A DNA stretch of 32,000 nucleotides, from positions 6,840,001 to 6,872,000 of the forward strand of contig NC_010628.1 in NCBI RefSeq assembly GCF_000020025.1, written 5' to 3'. The stretch is from Nostoc punctiforme PCC 73102 (GTDB taxonomy: Bacteria > Cyanobacteriota > Cyanobacteriia > Cyanobacteriales > Nostocaceae). The first letter of the stretch is position 1. Every line of letters begins with the position of its first letter. The notes under the pieces were generated by a model that made no database searches, was not told where the DNA came from, and saw only the letters and a list, made by a program, of their open reading frames with translations. Below, piece after piece: positions 6,991-15,175 of this stretch. The position numbers and the translations under genes are program-made.

Positions 6991-7812
6991 GTAGGTTGGG
7001 TTGAGGAACGAAACCCAACATCTACTTTAGGTTATTAGATTGCCCTTCACTCATTTCTTCTTAACTCACATCTCAAAAGCAATAATTTGACGGTATCATT
7101 TATAACCAGTAGTTTGGTATAAAGCCTGAAATATAACCATCATAAAATTAACTTAATGCAATATCGCCGAGCCACAATAGAAGGTGGCACTTATTTTTTT
7201 ACACTCGTAACACATAAAAGACAAAGACTATTATCCTTACCGACTAACGTATCTTTATTGAGAAATATTTTTCGAGATGTAATGCAACAACACCCATTTA
7301 TAATTGATGCCTTTGTTTTATTACCAGATCATCTGCACTGTCTTTGGACATTACCACAGGGCGATCGCAATTTTTCTACTCGTTGGCGTTTGATCAAAAG
7401 CTATTTTAGTCGCCAGTGCATTACTCTATCACAGGAAAACCTATCTACCTCTAGGCAAAATAAAAAAGAGCGGGCTATTTGGCAGCGTAGTTTTTGGGAA
7501 CACTTGATTAGAGACGAAGTAGATTTTAAAAATCACCTTGAATATATTCACTACAATCCTGTCAAACATGGTTTAGTGAAAGCTCCAAAAGATTGGGAAT
7601 ATTCCAGCTTTCATCGTTCTGTTCGTCAGGGTACGTATGATATTACGTGGGGTGCTGGGCAAGGAATTGTATTTGACTCTAATATCGGTAAAGAGTAAAT
7701 ATCGCCTAAATTGTAACTGAAATTGTAGGTTGGGTTAAACGAAGTGAAACCCAACATCAGCGTTGGGTATTGTGATGGGTAATGTTGGGTTTCGTTCCTC
7801 AACCCAACCTAC
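6991..7812 (+). mobile_element. RAYT unit: REP-associated tyrosine transposase gene flanked by REP (6991-7022) and REPIN (7725-7812) hairpins
   Basis: gtaggttgggttgaggaacgaaacccaacatc lies upstream. Downstream, gtaggttgggttaaacgaagtgaaacccaacatc is paired with the inverted copy gatgggtaatgttgggtttcgttcctcaacccaacctac. Confidence 0.75.
7156..7698 (+). CDS. REP-associated tyrosine transposase (RAYT, IS200/IS605 Y1 HUH family)
   Basis: 180 aa. The HUH motif is LPDHLHCLW. The catalytic-Tyr region is HLEYIHYNPVKHGLV. WQRSFWEHLIRDE is typical of RAYTs. Confidence 0.85.
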   Translation: MQYRRATIEGGTYFFTLVTHKRQRLLSLPTNVSLLRNIFRDVMQQHPFIIDAFVLLPDHLHCLWTLPQGDRNFSTRWRLIKSYFSRQCITLSQENLSTSRQNKKERAIWQRSFWEHLIRDEVDFKNHLEYIHYNPVKHGLVKAPKDWEYSSFHRSVRQGTYDITWGAGQGIVFDSNIGKE

Positions 7813-7963
7813 GAATTACTACTAAATCTAAGCGTGGCGTCTGTGTTTAGCTGGTTATAGAGTAATTTTGTAATTTTCTCGATAAATGATAAACAAACAC
7901 AATAAATAATTGTCCTGAAGTGGGAACACTAGACTTAGACATTGCTGGAAGTCAACCCACACT

Positions 7964-9298
7964 ATGAGCATGACAATTATCAGTCTTCGAGCGGCACTGC
8001 AAAGCCTGCCCGAAAATGCACCAGAACCTGTTATAAAAGACCTTTTCGCCCCTTACTTGTTGAGGTCATTAGGGTTTCAATCTGAAGAAATTCATCCTGA
8101 ATATAACACTGGTGACGGAGCTGTTGATAAAGCAGCCAGGAAAACTATTGGAGATGATGTCTTTTTACATACAAAATCTAATCCATACCTGCTACTGGAA
8201 TTGAAAGGGAGGGATATTAATTTATCTGAAGATGCTGCACAGTATCAAAGAACAGTTAATCAACTTAAACGTTACCTACTTGCACCTAATTGCAAAACAG
8301 TACAGTGGGGAATTATTACTAATTCTTGCCATATTCAACTGTTTCGCAAGCATGGAAAAGTGATTTATCCTGCTACACAGTGTCTTCCAATTGATGCAAA
8401 TAATATTGATAATGTAGTCGCTTCAATTAGGAAAAAAATTGAAAATCCTACAAAAGCCTTAACCATCGCGGTTTATAACAATAAAGGTGGAGTAGGTAAA
8501 ACAACAACTACCGTCAACTTGGCAGCTATCTTAACTTTTTTAGGGAAAAAGGTTTTAGCGATCGATTTCGATCCAAACCAACAAGATTTAACGAGTTCTT
8601 TAGGCCTTCCACTAAGCAAAGGTAGTGTATTTGAGGCTCTTAAGGAACGGGGTATAGAACTTCAAAGTACTCTACATCCTTATAAATTCCCCTTAAAGAA
8701 GCTTAATTCAGAACTTAGATTTGATATTATCCCTGCCGATCAAGAACTGATAGATGCACCTGAACAGCTCTTGCGTAATCATTTGCAACCTCACACTCTT
8801 TATCAAAAGCTAGAATTCTCAAGACAAGAATACGACTATATTTTGATAGATGCACCACCCAACTGGCGAGTGTTTAGCCAGCTAGGTGTATATGCGGCTG
8901 ATGTCGTTCTCATTCCCACTAAGCATAACAATCTTTTCTCTTTAGAAAATGCAGCAATAGCAATCAAGAAATTCATTCCTGAAGTCCAATCTACAAAAGC
9001 TGATGGTAGCCCCATTCCATTGCCAATTTTTTTCAATGGAGAAAAGATTACACTACCTCAGTTAGCAGTTGCTCAACAAGAAATTAATAATATTCTTAAA
9101 ACTGCTAAAAAAGAGGGATTTGATTTATTGCCTTACTTCTATCCCAGGTATACCAATGCCAAAAAAGACCTTCATATTCATGAGGTTCCAAGCTACGCTA
9201 ACATAGCTAGTTCAGCTTTCTCACGCACTCCTGCGGTTTATCGAGATCGATCTGCTCATGAATATTACAAAAATCTAGCAAAGGAGTATTTTTTATAA
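7964..9298 (+). CDS. Fusion protein: N-terminal PD-(D/E)xK / HsdR_N-like domain plus C-terminal ParA/MinD-type ATPase
   Basis: 444 aa. Residues 1-160 carry GAVD55, LLLE79LK81 and WGIITNSCHIQLF, the pattern of the type I restriction R-subunit N-terminal domain. The deviant Walker A KGGVGKTT sits at aa 174-181 (nt 8483-8506), followed by AIDFDPNQ and ILIDAPPN (Walker B). Confidence 0.7.
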   Translation: MSMTIISLRAALQSLPENAPEPVIKDLFAPYLLRSLGFQSEEIHPEYNTGDGAVDKAARKTIGDDVFLHTKSNPYLLLELKGRDINLSEDAAQYQRTVNQLKRYLLAPNCKTVQWGIITNSCHIQLFRKHGKVIYPATQCLPIDANNIDNVVASIRKKIENPTKALTIAVYNNKGGVGKTTTTVNLAAILTFLGKKVLAIDFDPNQQDLTSSLGLPLSKGSVFEALKERGIELQSTLHPYKFPLKKLNSELRFDIIPADQELIDAPEQLLRNHLQPHTLYQKLEFSRQEYDYILIDAPPNWRVFSQLGVYAADVVLIPTKHNNLFSLENAAIAIKKFIPEVQSTKADGSPIPLPIFFNGEKITLPQLAVAQQEINNILKTAKKEGFDLLPYFYPRYTNAKKDLHIHEVPSYANIASSAFSRTPAVYRDRSAHEYYKNLAKEYFL

Positions 9299-9984
9299 TG
9301 AGTAGCCTCAGCAATATTGGAAATTTGATGCATTTATATTTAGATGAAATTGACCCCGGCGAAGGAACTAATGCACCTGAATTTTTGATTAAAGCTTCAG
9401 CTCATTTGCTCAACCAGAAGGAGGGAAGAAATTGGATTCCAGTGATTGTGAAAGAAACTGGCAAAGATAAGTATCAAGTAATTGCTAACTCTTTCATTTA
9501 TGCAATCGCAGAGGCCGCTCGCTTAGATCGCGTTTGGTGCATTATTACTGATGGTAGTGATGAGACAGTTGAAGTCACAAAAGTACTAGCAAAAGAAGAA
9601 ATTCCAAAAATCAATCTCTCTAAGGCATCTAGAGATGAAATCATGGCAGCATTAGAATACTTAGTTGAACAACCAGGTAGTGTTCTTAAAGCAGTTAAAC
9701 CTGCTATAGCTACAAACCGGATTGATGAAGCTCCTCGTGAATATTGGAAGACATTAGATCCAATTCTTAATCTGAAATGTGGCATTACCAAAGGGAAAAA
9801 ACTTGATGCTTTAAATAAAGTTTTTTATCTAACTCCTCAACCAATGCCAGATACAATTACTGACACTGCTATTCTCCAAACAATGACAATAGCTGATTTA
9901 AAAGCGATCGCGAAGAAACGAGGAATTACTGGCATCACTAAGATGAAAAAAGACAATCTTGTTAAAGCATTGAGTAAACCTTAA
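9298..9984 (+). CDS. Degenerate ParB-like N-terminal domain protein with C-terminal Rho_N/SAP-like motif
   Basis: 228 aa. The start overlaps the upstream stop (TAATG). LYLDEIDP, WIPVIVKE and KYQVIANSFIYAIAEAARLDRVWCII follow ParB N-domain topology but lack the GxxRxxA arginine motif. The C-terminal ADLKAIAKKRGITGITKMKKDNLVKAL is Rho_N-like. Confidence 0.55.
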   Translation: MSSLSNIGNLMHLYLDEIDPGEGTNAPEFLIKASAHLLNQKEGRNWIPVIVKETGKDKYQVIANSFIYAIAEAARLDRVWCIITDGSDETVEVTKVLAKEEIPKINLSKASRDEIMAALEYLVEQPGSVLKAVKPAIATNRIDEAPREYWKTLDPILNLKCGITKGKKLDALNKVFYLTPQPMPDTITDTAILQTMTIADLKAIAKKRGITGITKMKKDNLVKALSKP

Positions 9985-10022
9985 AAGTAGCGAAGAGACA
10001 ACAGAGTAATCGCATCTTTTGT

Positions 10023-10051
10023 GGTGCGTTGTCGCAAAGGTGCAACGCACC
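10023..10051. repeat. Hairpin repeat ggtgcgttg-N11-caacgcacc, the inverted partner of 6837-6864
   Basis: It has the same 9-bp stems and a loop that is roughly the reverse complement of the first copy. It lies 39 nt after the stop of ORF 9298-9984. Confidence 0.6.
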
Positions 10052-10191
10052 GTTATCTCAAACATCCTAAATTGGAAATACAGTCAATAAATTACTGCAA
10101 ATTTTGTCAACTTTTAGATAAAACACCAAAAACATAACCCCTCTCCGCCACCGGAAAGGGGTTAATCACTGCCGAAACTCAGCACTATATT

Positions 10192-10219
10192 GTACAGACG
10201 CGATTCATCGCGTCTCTAT
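10192..10219 (-). terminator. Hairpin repeat (gtacagacgcgattcatcgcgtctctat) just downstream of ndhJ; probable terminator
   Basis: It has a 9-10 bp stem (agacgcgat/atcgcgtct) and starts 11 nt after the ndhJ stop. There is no clear U-tract. Confidence 0.4.
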
Positions 10220-10229
10220 TCAGCGCTAT

Positions 10230-10760
10230 CTAATAAGCGTCTTGCAACTCGTAGAAATCAGGCGAGATGTAATCCTTCCGCAAAGGCCAACCTACCCAAT
10301 CTTCCGGCATCAAAAGCCGCTTGAGATTTGGATGTCCTTCGTAGATAATGCCAAACATATCGTAAGACTCGCGCTCTTGCCAATCTGCGGTTTTCCAAAT
10401 CCAGTACACAGAAGGGACTACAGGATTTTCCCGTGGTAAGAACACCTTAACTCGAACTTCCTCGGGGCGATCGCTATTATCACCGACTTTAATCAAGTGA
10501 TACATACTCACCAATTCTTGTCCTGGGCCAAGGTCTATACCACCTTGACATTGGAGATAATTAAACCCGTAGGCATAAAGGGCTGTAGCGGTGGGAAGCA
10601 AGAAATCTGCCGACACCTTAATTATCTCTACACCATTCTTATCTGGTGCTAAAAACTCATGGTCAAAGCCATTTTCCGTCAACCACTGGGAAACTTTACC
10701 CGCTTGTACCAATGACTCTTCTTTCTCTGCTGGTACTGGTTTAGATTCTTCTTCAGCCAC
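10230..10760 (-). CDS. ndhJ: NAD(P)H-quinone oxidoreductase subunit J
   Basis: 176 aa. [36 protein letters not shown] is the NuoC/NdhJ signature. It overlaps ndhK by 8 nt. Confidence 0.95.
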   Translation of the reverse strand: MAEEESKPVPAEKEESLVQAGKVSQWLTENGFDHEFLAPDKNGVEIIKVSADFLLPTATALYAYGFNYLQCQGGIDLGPGQELVSMYHLIKVGDNSDRPEEVRVKVFLPRENPVVPSVYWIWKTADWQERESYDMFGIIYEGHPNLKRLLMPEDWVGWPLRKDYISPDFYELQDAY

Positions 10761-11490
10761 GGGTTTGTTCCTCCTTTTGCGCCTTTTCTGTCAGCAGTGC
10801 AGGTGGTATTGGCATACCTATTGCTTCCGCCAATTCCTTCGGTGGTGCAGAGCGAGTATCTGACTGCAAATACTTACCAGTTAAGATTTCCTCTACTGGC
10901 TTCAGGTTATGAGTCGTGCTGTAGTAGCGGTGGGTTTGCTTAATTTTATCCCGCTCTTGAATCGACTCATTGGAGATTTTCTTCCGCAGCTTAATGATTG
11001 CGTCGATAATTGCTTCTGGACGGGGAGGACAACCAGGCAAATACACATCTACAGGGATCAGTTTATCGACTCCGCGCACTGCCGTGGGGGAATCAACGCT
11101 GAACATCCCGCCAGTAATTGTGCAAGCACCCATCGCAATTACATACTTCGGCTCTGGCATTTGTTCATAAAGACGCACCAGTTGGGGAGCCATCTTCATC
11201 GTAATAGTCCCTGCCGTAATAATTAAATCGGCTTGGCGGGGGCTAGAACGGGGAATCAGCCCAAAACGGTCAAAGTCAAATCGGGAACCAATTAAAGCTG
11301 CAAACTCAATAAAGCAGCAAGCAGTACCAAACAGTAACGGCCACAGACTAGAAAGCCGCGCCCAGTCGTAGAGGTCATCAACCGTCGTCAAAATGACGTT
11401 TTCTGAAAGGTCTTGAGTGACATTGGTTCGCTCAATAGGGTTGATGATTCGCTGTTTGTCCTGAGTTGTTAAATTAGAATTCAAGACCAT
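10753..11490 (-). CDS. ndhK: NAD(P)H-quinone oxidoreductase subunit K
   Basis: 245 aa. It carries the Fe-S ligand motifs [21 protein letters not shown] and LPGCPPRPE (NuoB/NdhK). Confidence 0.95.
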   Translation of the reverse strand: MVLNSNLTTQDKQRIINPIERTNVTQDLSENVILTTVDDLYDWARLSSLWPLLFGTACCFIEFAALIGSRFDFDRFGLIPRSSPRQADLIITAGTITMKMAPQLVRLYEQMPEPKYVIAMGACTITGGMFSVDSPTAVRGVDKLIPVDVYLPGCPPRPEAIIDAIIKLRKKISNESIQERDKIKQTHRYYSTTHNLKPVEEILTGKYLQSDTRSAPPKELAEAIGMPIPPALLTEKAQKEEQTRG

Positions 11491-11843
11491 TCCAAAGCTC
11501 CTTTACGCCATGCGTAAACTAAAGCGACTACAAGAATTGCAATAAAGACTAGCGCTTCAATAAAAGCCAATAGCCCCAAACGGTGGAAAGCTACCGCCCA
11601 AGGATACAAGAATACAGTCTCCACATCAAAGACGACGAAGACTAGAGCAAACATGTAGTAACGGATGTTGAACTGAATCCAGGCTCCCCCGATGGGTTCC
11701 ATACCAGATTCATAAGTAGTGCGACGTTCTGGGGCATAACCACTAGGTCGTAGGAGCTTGGAAGCTGAGAGCGCTAAGGCAGGTACTAGGCTACAGATTA
11801 TGAAGAAGCCTAGAAGGTACTCGTAACCGCTGAGGACAAACAC
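11481..11843 (-). CDS. ndhC: NAD(P)H-quinone oxidoreductase subunit 3
   Basis: 120 aa with three hydrophobic segments. [40 protein letters not shown] is the NuoA/NdhC signature. Confidence 0.95.
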   Translation of the reverse strand: MFVLSGYEYLLGFFIICSLVPALALSASKLLRPSGYAPERRTTYESGMEPIGGAWIQFNIRYYMFALVFVVFDVETVFLYPWAVAFHRLGLLAFIEALVFIAILVVALVYAWRKGALEWS

Positions 11844-12014
11844 AATGAGTATCTACCGCTTAAGGTGTAATTGAAGTGGGGAGTGATGACTATGTACTAG
11901 GTACTAGAGACTGGGGACACTTCGACAAGCTCAGTGCATCGTTGGGTACTGGGTATAGGGAAATCCTTACTGAATCTCCAATCCCTCATCCCTAATACGA
12001 AATTCTTGATTTTT

Positions 12015-12041
12015 AATCCCCAATCCCCAATCCCCAATTCC
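12015..12041. repeat. STRR-type heptamer tandem repeat (AATCCCC x3 plus a variant; contains CCCCAAT)
   Basis: Read directly in the ndhC-rubA divergent intergenic region. CCCCAAT is the classical STRR1 unit of heterocystous cyanobacteria. Confidence 0.85.
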
Positions 12042-12223
12042 TAGTCTCCAATCCTTTAACTGCGTAACTTTCTTTTACATTATATCTGTTTGGTTTTTCT
12101 GAAATCTGGGAAATAGATACACTTCAAGTATTTAATTAGCTTTTGATAGTGATAGAAAAGCCTGACAATTATGTCATAATTTTTAACGTATATTTAAGAA
12201 TTCTCCTCTGCGAGGCCCTAGCC

Positions 12224-12559
12224 ATGAGCGAACCAGCTGTTGAGACTCCGGTGTTAGACCGCTACGAGTGTCGCGCCTGCGGTTATGTTTACGAACCTGA
12301 AAAGGGAGACGACAAGCATGATATTCCTTCAGGGATACTCTTTGCAGAACTGCCCACAAATTGGCGCTGTCCAGTTTGTAGTGCCAAGAAAACCGCTTTT
12401 GCCAACATCGGTCCTGCGGGTACTGCATCCGGCTTCAAAGAAAATCTCGGTTACGGTTTGGGTGTCAATAACCTAACGCCAAGCCAAAAGAATATCTTAA
12501 TTTTTGGCGCTTTGGCCCTTGGCTTCTTGTTTTTCATCAGTCTCTACGGCTTACAATGA
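12224..12559 (+). CDS. rubA: Membrane-anchored rubredoxin RubA
   Basis: 111 aa from ATG 12224 (MSEPAVETPVLDRYECRACGYVYEPEKGDD...WRCPVCSAKK). It has two CxxC pairs and a C-terminal TM helix (ILIFGALALGFLFFISLYGL). The track ORF begins at an upstream TTG that is unlikely to be used. Confidence 0.9.
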   Translation: MSEPAVETPVLDRYECRACGYVYEPEKGDDKHDIPSGILFAELPTNWRCPVCSAKKTAFANIGPAGTASGFKENLGYGLGVNNLTPSQKNILIFGALALGFLFFISLYGLQ

Positions 12560-12815
12560 CAGCCTTTATTTGGGAAATAGGGAGTTATTGTGTAATTAAA
12601 ATCACATAATTGTGCCGTTTTACCAGTTCCGTAGAGCGGCGATGACCCTCAATACCATATTGGGCTAAGATTTTTTGGGATTTTTGGAAAGCTTTTTAAT
12701 TCCAAATCTAAAATCGTTCGACTGAGCGAAGCCGAAGTCCAAAATCCGAAACTGGTATAAGGTAAACCTTTTAGAGAACACCTACAGAAATTTAGAAACA
12801 ACTTAAGAAATACTA

Positions 12816-13835
12816 ATGCATTCAATTGTGAAAGGTTGGCAAAGAATAGCTGCCTTGTTAATAGTAGTCATCATGTGCATCGGTTGTAGCAAAGTTCCTT
12901 CTGTTAGCTACAACCCTTGGAAAGTCATTTCTGTGCCAACAGACTCGAATCTACTGGATATTGCTTTTACTAATAACCCTGAGCATGGCTACTTAGTAGG
13001 TAGCAATGCCACCCTATTGGAAACCAATGACGGTGGTAATAGCTGGAAACCAATAACATTACAACTGGATGAGCAAAAGTATCGTTTTGACTCAGTAAGT
13101 TTTGCAGGCAAAGAAGGCTGGATTGCCGGAGAGCCTGGATTGTTGCTTCATACTACTGATGAAGGTGCTTCTTGGTCGCGTATTCCCCTGAGCGAAAAGC
13201 TACCAGGTAGTCCGATCGCAGTTAAGGCACTAGCAGACAATACAGCTGAAATGGCTACTAATGTTGGAGCCATATATAAGACCACAGACGGCGGCAAAAA
13301 CTGGAAAGCCCAGGTGGAATCAGCAGTGGGTGTGGTGCGTAACTTAGAGCGTTCTGCTGATGGTAAGTATGTTGCTGTTTCCGCTAAGGGTAGTTTCTAC
13401 TCGACTTGGGAACCAGGCCAAGATGCTTGGGTTCCCCATAACCGCAATAGTTCTCGGCGAGTAGAAAACATGGGCTTTGGTGACAATGGGCAATTGTGGT
13501 TGCTAGCTAGAGGAGGTCAAGTTCAGTTTAGTGACCCAACTAAACCTGAAGAATGGCAAGAGGCAAAATATCCAGAGTTATCTACCAGTTGGGGTTTACT
13601 GGATTTGGCATATCGCACACCCGAAGAAATTTGGGTAGGTGGCGGTAGCGGTAATTTGCTACGGAGTGCCGACGGTGGCAAAACCTGGGAAAAAGACCGT
13701 GACATAGAAGAAGTTGCAGCTAATTTGTACAAGATTGTGTTTTTGGAGCCAGAGCGGGGATTTATAATTGGCGATCGCGGCGTTTTGCTCAAATATCTAC
13801 CAAATCCTGAAATAACTTCCCCAGAGGCGGCTTAG
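12816..13835 (+). CDS. ycf48: Photosystem II assembly factor Ycf48/HCF136 (lipoprotein, beta-propeller)
   Basis: 339 aa. It has a lipobox-like signal (VIMCIGCSK). NPWKVISVPTDSNLLDIAFT...LLETNDGGNSW and repeated TxDGGxxW blades are typical. It occupies the conserved position between rubA and psbE. Confidence 0.9.
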   Translation: MHSIVKGWQRIAALLIVVIMCIGCSKVPSVSYNPWKVISVPTDSNLLDIAFTNNPEHGYLVGSNATLLETNDGGNSWKPITLQLDEQKYRFDSVSFAGKEGWIAGEPGLLLHTTDEGASWSRIPLSEKLPGSPIAVKALADNTAEMATNVGAIYKTTDGGKNWKAQVESAVGVVRNLERSADGKYVAVSAKGSFYSTWEPGQDAWVPHNRNSSRRVENMGFGDNGQLWLLARGGQVQFSDPTKPEEWQEAKYPELSTSWGLLDLAYRTPEEIWVGGGSGNLLRSADGGKTWEKDRDIEEVAANLYKIVFLEPERGFIIGDRGVLLKYLPNPEITSPEAA

Positions 13836-13837
13836 TA

Positions 13838-13977
13838 AGAGGGAGTGGGAGGCAGGGGAGCAGAGGGACAAGGTGACAAAAGTTTAGAACTTACAACAAG
13901 TCTTTCCCCTTGTCCCCAATTCTCCTTGTCCCCAAGTCCTCTTTCCCATGCCCAATGCCCAATGCCCCATTCCCAAC
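13838..13977. repeat. Dispersed intergenic element (GGGGAGCAGAGGGACAAGG...CCTTGTCCCC...ATGCCCAATGCCCAATGCCCC)
   Basis: The same family and orientation occur at 15387-15503, and a related copy lies at 21361-21440. It generates the spurious ORFs 13832-14050 and 13845-14030. Confidence 0.7.
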
Positions 13978-14074
13978 GTACAATTTCTGAGAAGAACGTT
14001 GCAACTTGTAACTCTTTCTTATCTTTGTAGGATAATAAACTCAATAACACTCTATGTATAAGGTAGGGATCTAA

Positions 14075-14323
14075 ATGTCAGGTACCACTGGAGAACGTCC
14101 GTTTTCGGACATCATTACTAGCGTTCGTTACTGGGTAATTCACAGCATCACCATCCCGGCATTATTTATTGCTGGTTGGCTATTTGTCAGCACCGGACTG
14201 GCTTATGATGCTTTTGGTACACCCCGTCCCAATGAGTATTTCACACCAGCACGGCAAGAAGTGCCTATTGTGAAGAACCGTTTTGAAGCTAAAAAACAAG
14301 TTGAACAATTTATTGGAAAGTAG
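14075..14323 (+). CDS. psbE: Cytochrome b559 alpha subunit
   Basis: 82 aa. The sequence [55 protein letters not shown] is canonical PsbE. Confidence 0.97.
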   Translation: MSGTTGERPFSDIITSVRYWVIHSITIPALFIAGWLFVSTGLAYDAFGTPRPNEYFTPARQEVPIVKNRFEAKKQVEQFIGK

Positions 14324-14332
14324 TTTGAGATC

Positions 14333-14470
14333 ATGACTAGCGGCAATAACATCAATCAACCAGTTACCTATCCAATTTTTACCGTTAGATGGCTGGCAGT
14401 ACACACTTTAGGTGTACCAACTGTATTCTTTTTAGGCGCGATCGCCGCAATGCAATTTATTCACCGTTAG
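14333..14470 (+). CDS. psbF: Cytochrome b559 beta subunit
   Basis: Translated by hand: [45 protein letters not shown] (45 aa). It is below the ORF-track length cut-off. Confidence 0.95.
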   Translation: MTSGNNINQPVTYPIFTVRWLAVHTLGVPTVFFLGAIAAMQFIHR

Positions 14471-14478
14471 GAGCAATT

Positions 14479-14601
14479 ATGGTAGAAAGATCGCCCAATC
14501 CCAATAATCAGCCGGTTGAACTAAACCGGACTTCGCTATACCTGGGACTACTACTAGTTTTCGTTCTGGGGATTCTGTTTTCCAGTTACTTCTTTAACTA
14601 A
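14479..14601 (+). CDS. psbL: Photosystem II protein L
   Basis: [40 protein letters not shown] (40 aa) from ATG 14479. The track ORF 14389-14601 is an upstream extension in the same frame that overlaps psbF. Confidence 0.95.
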   Translation: MVERSPNPNNQPVELNRTSLYLGLLLVFVLGILFSSYFFN

Positions 14602-14671
14602 CTGGAACTACTCTTGTTAATCTTTGTTTGTTAAGCGTGTGTTGATTTGTTGTTAAGGGAGGAGAGAAGCT

Positions 14672-14791
14672 GTGTCTGGAAGTGGGAGAATTCCCCTGTG
14701 GGTCGTCGCTACGATCGCAGGGTTAGGTATAATTACAGTCTTGGGCATTTTCTTTTATGGTGCCTACGCCGGACTCGGTTCTTCGATTTAA
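14672..14791 (+). CDS. psbJ: Photosystem II protein J
   Basis: GTG start preceded by AAGGGAGGAG. The hand translation is (M)[38 protein letters not shown] (39 aa). Confidence 0.9.
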
Positions 14792-14863
14792 CATTAGTTA
14801 GTTTGAACCGAACACTATAAGTTAGAATTTTCCAGCATTTGTTGAGAAATCAACGTTAAAAAA

Positions 14864-14899
14864 ACCGCCTGTCTCTATGAGATAGGCGGTATTAATTTT
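14864..14899 (+). terminator. Rho-independent terminator of psbEFLJ
   Basis: The hairpin is accgcctgtctc/tat/gagataggcggt with one mismatch. It is followed by attaatttt and preceded by an A-run, so it may work in both directions. Confidence 0.65.
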
Positions 14900-14949
14900 G
14901 GTCAATAGTCTAGAAACGTATCCGACAGAATTCATAGCAATACGGTTCG

Positions 14950-15085
14950 GATAAGATCCCTCCACTTGTGGCGACCCCCTTTAAAAGGGATAAGGGAAGA
15001 AAATAGCCCCCCCTTTTGAAAGGGAGCCACTGCAATCTTGGGGTCTCCCAAAGTGGAGCAAGTGGCGTGGGTTGGGGGGATCTTC
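14950..15085. repeat. MITE-like imperfect palindromic dispersed element
   Basis: gatccctccacttgtggcgacccc (14955-14978) pairs imperfectly with ggggtctcccaaagtggag...gggatc (15041-15082). Internal small hairpins are ccctttaaaaggg and cccttttgaaaggg. It accounts for the spurious ORF 14910-15098. Confidence 0.6.
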
Positions 15086-15175
15086 GCTTGATAAACAAGC
15101 TAACTGAACTGTATTGGAATTGATAGCACTTGCTTGTCCGAAAACTTGACTAATGACTCATGACTCATGACTAGA

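Noticed and set aside
10242-11226. Plus-strand ORFs 10242-10439, 10591-10863, 10909-11226 and 10970-11170.
   Set aside because: They are antisense shadows inside the strongly supported ndhJ/ndhK genes.
12143-12223. An upstream TTG-initiated extension of rubA (MIVIEKPDNYVIIFNVYLRILLCEALA).
   Set aside because: It uses a non-ATG start and has AT-rich, non-conserved-looking residues. The rubredoxin homology starts at ATG 12224.
13832-14050. ORFs 13832-14050 (-), 13845-14030 (+), 14910-15098 (-) and 15386-15577 (+).
   Set aside because: All are generated by dispersed or MITE-like repeat elements (G/P/S/L-rich nonsense peptides), and they overlap each other on both strands.
14389-14601. A 70-aa ORF covering psbL.
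   Set aside because: The upstream part overlaps psbF out of frame. The conserved PsbL begins at ATG 14479 ([11 protein letters not shown]...), so only 14479-14601 is called.
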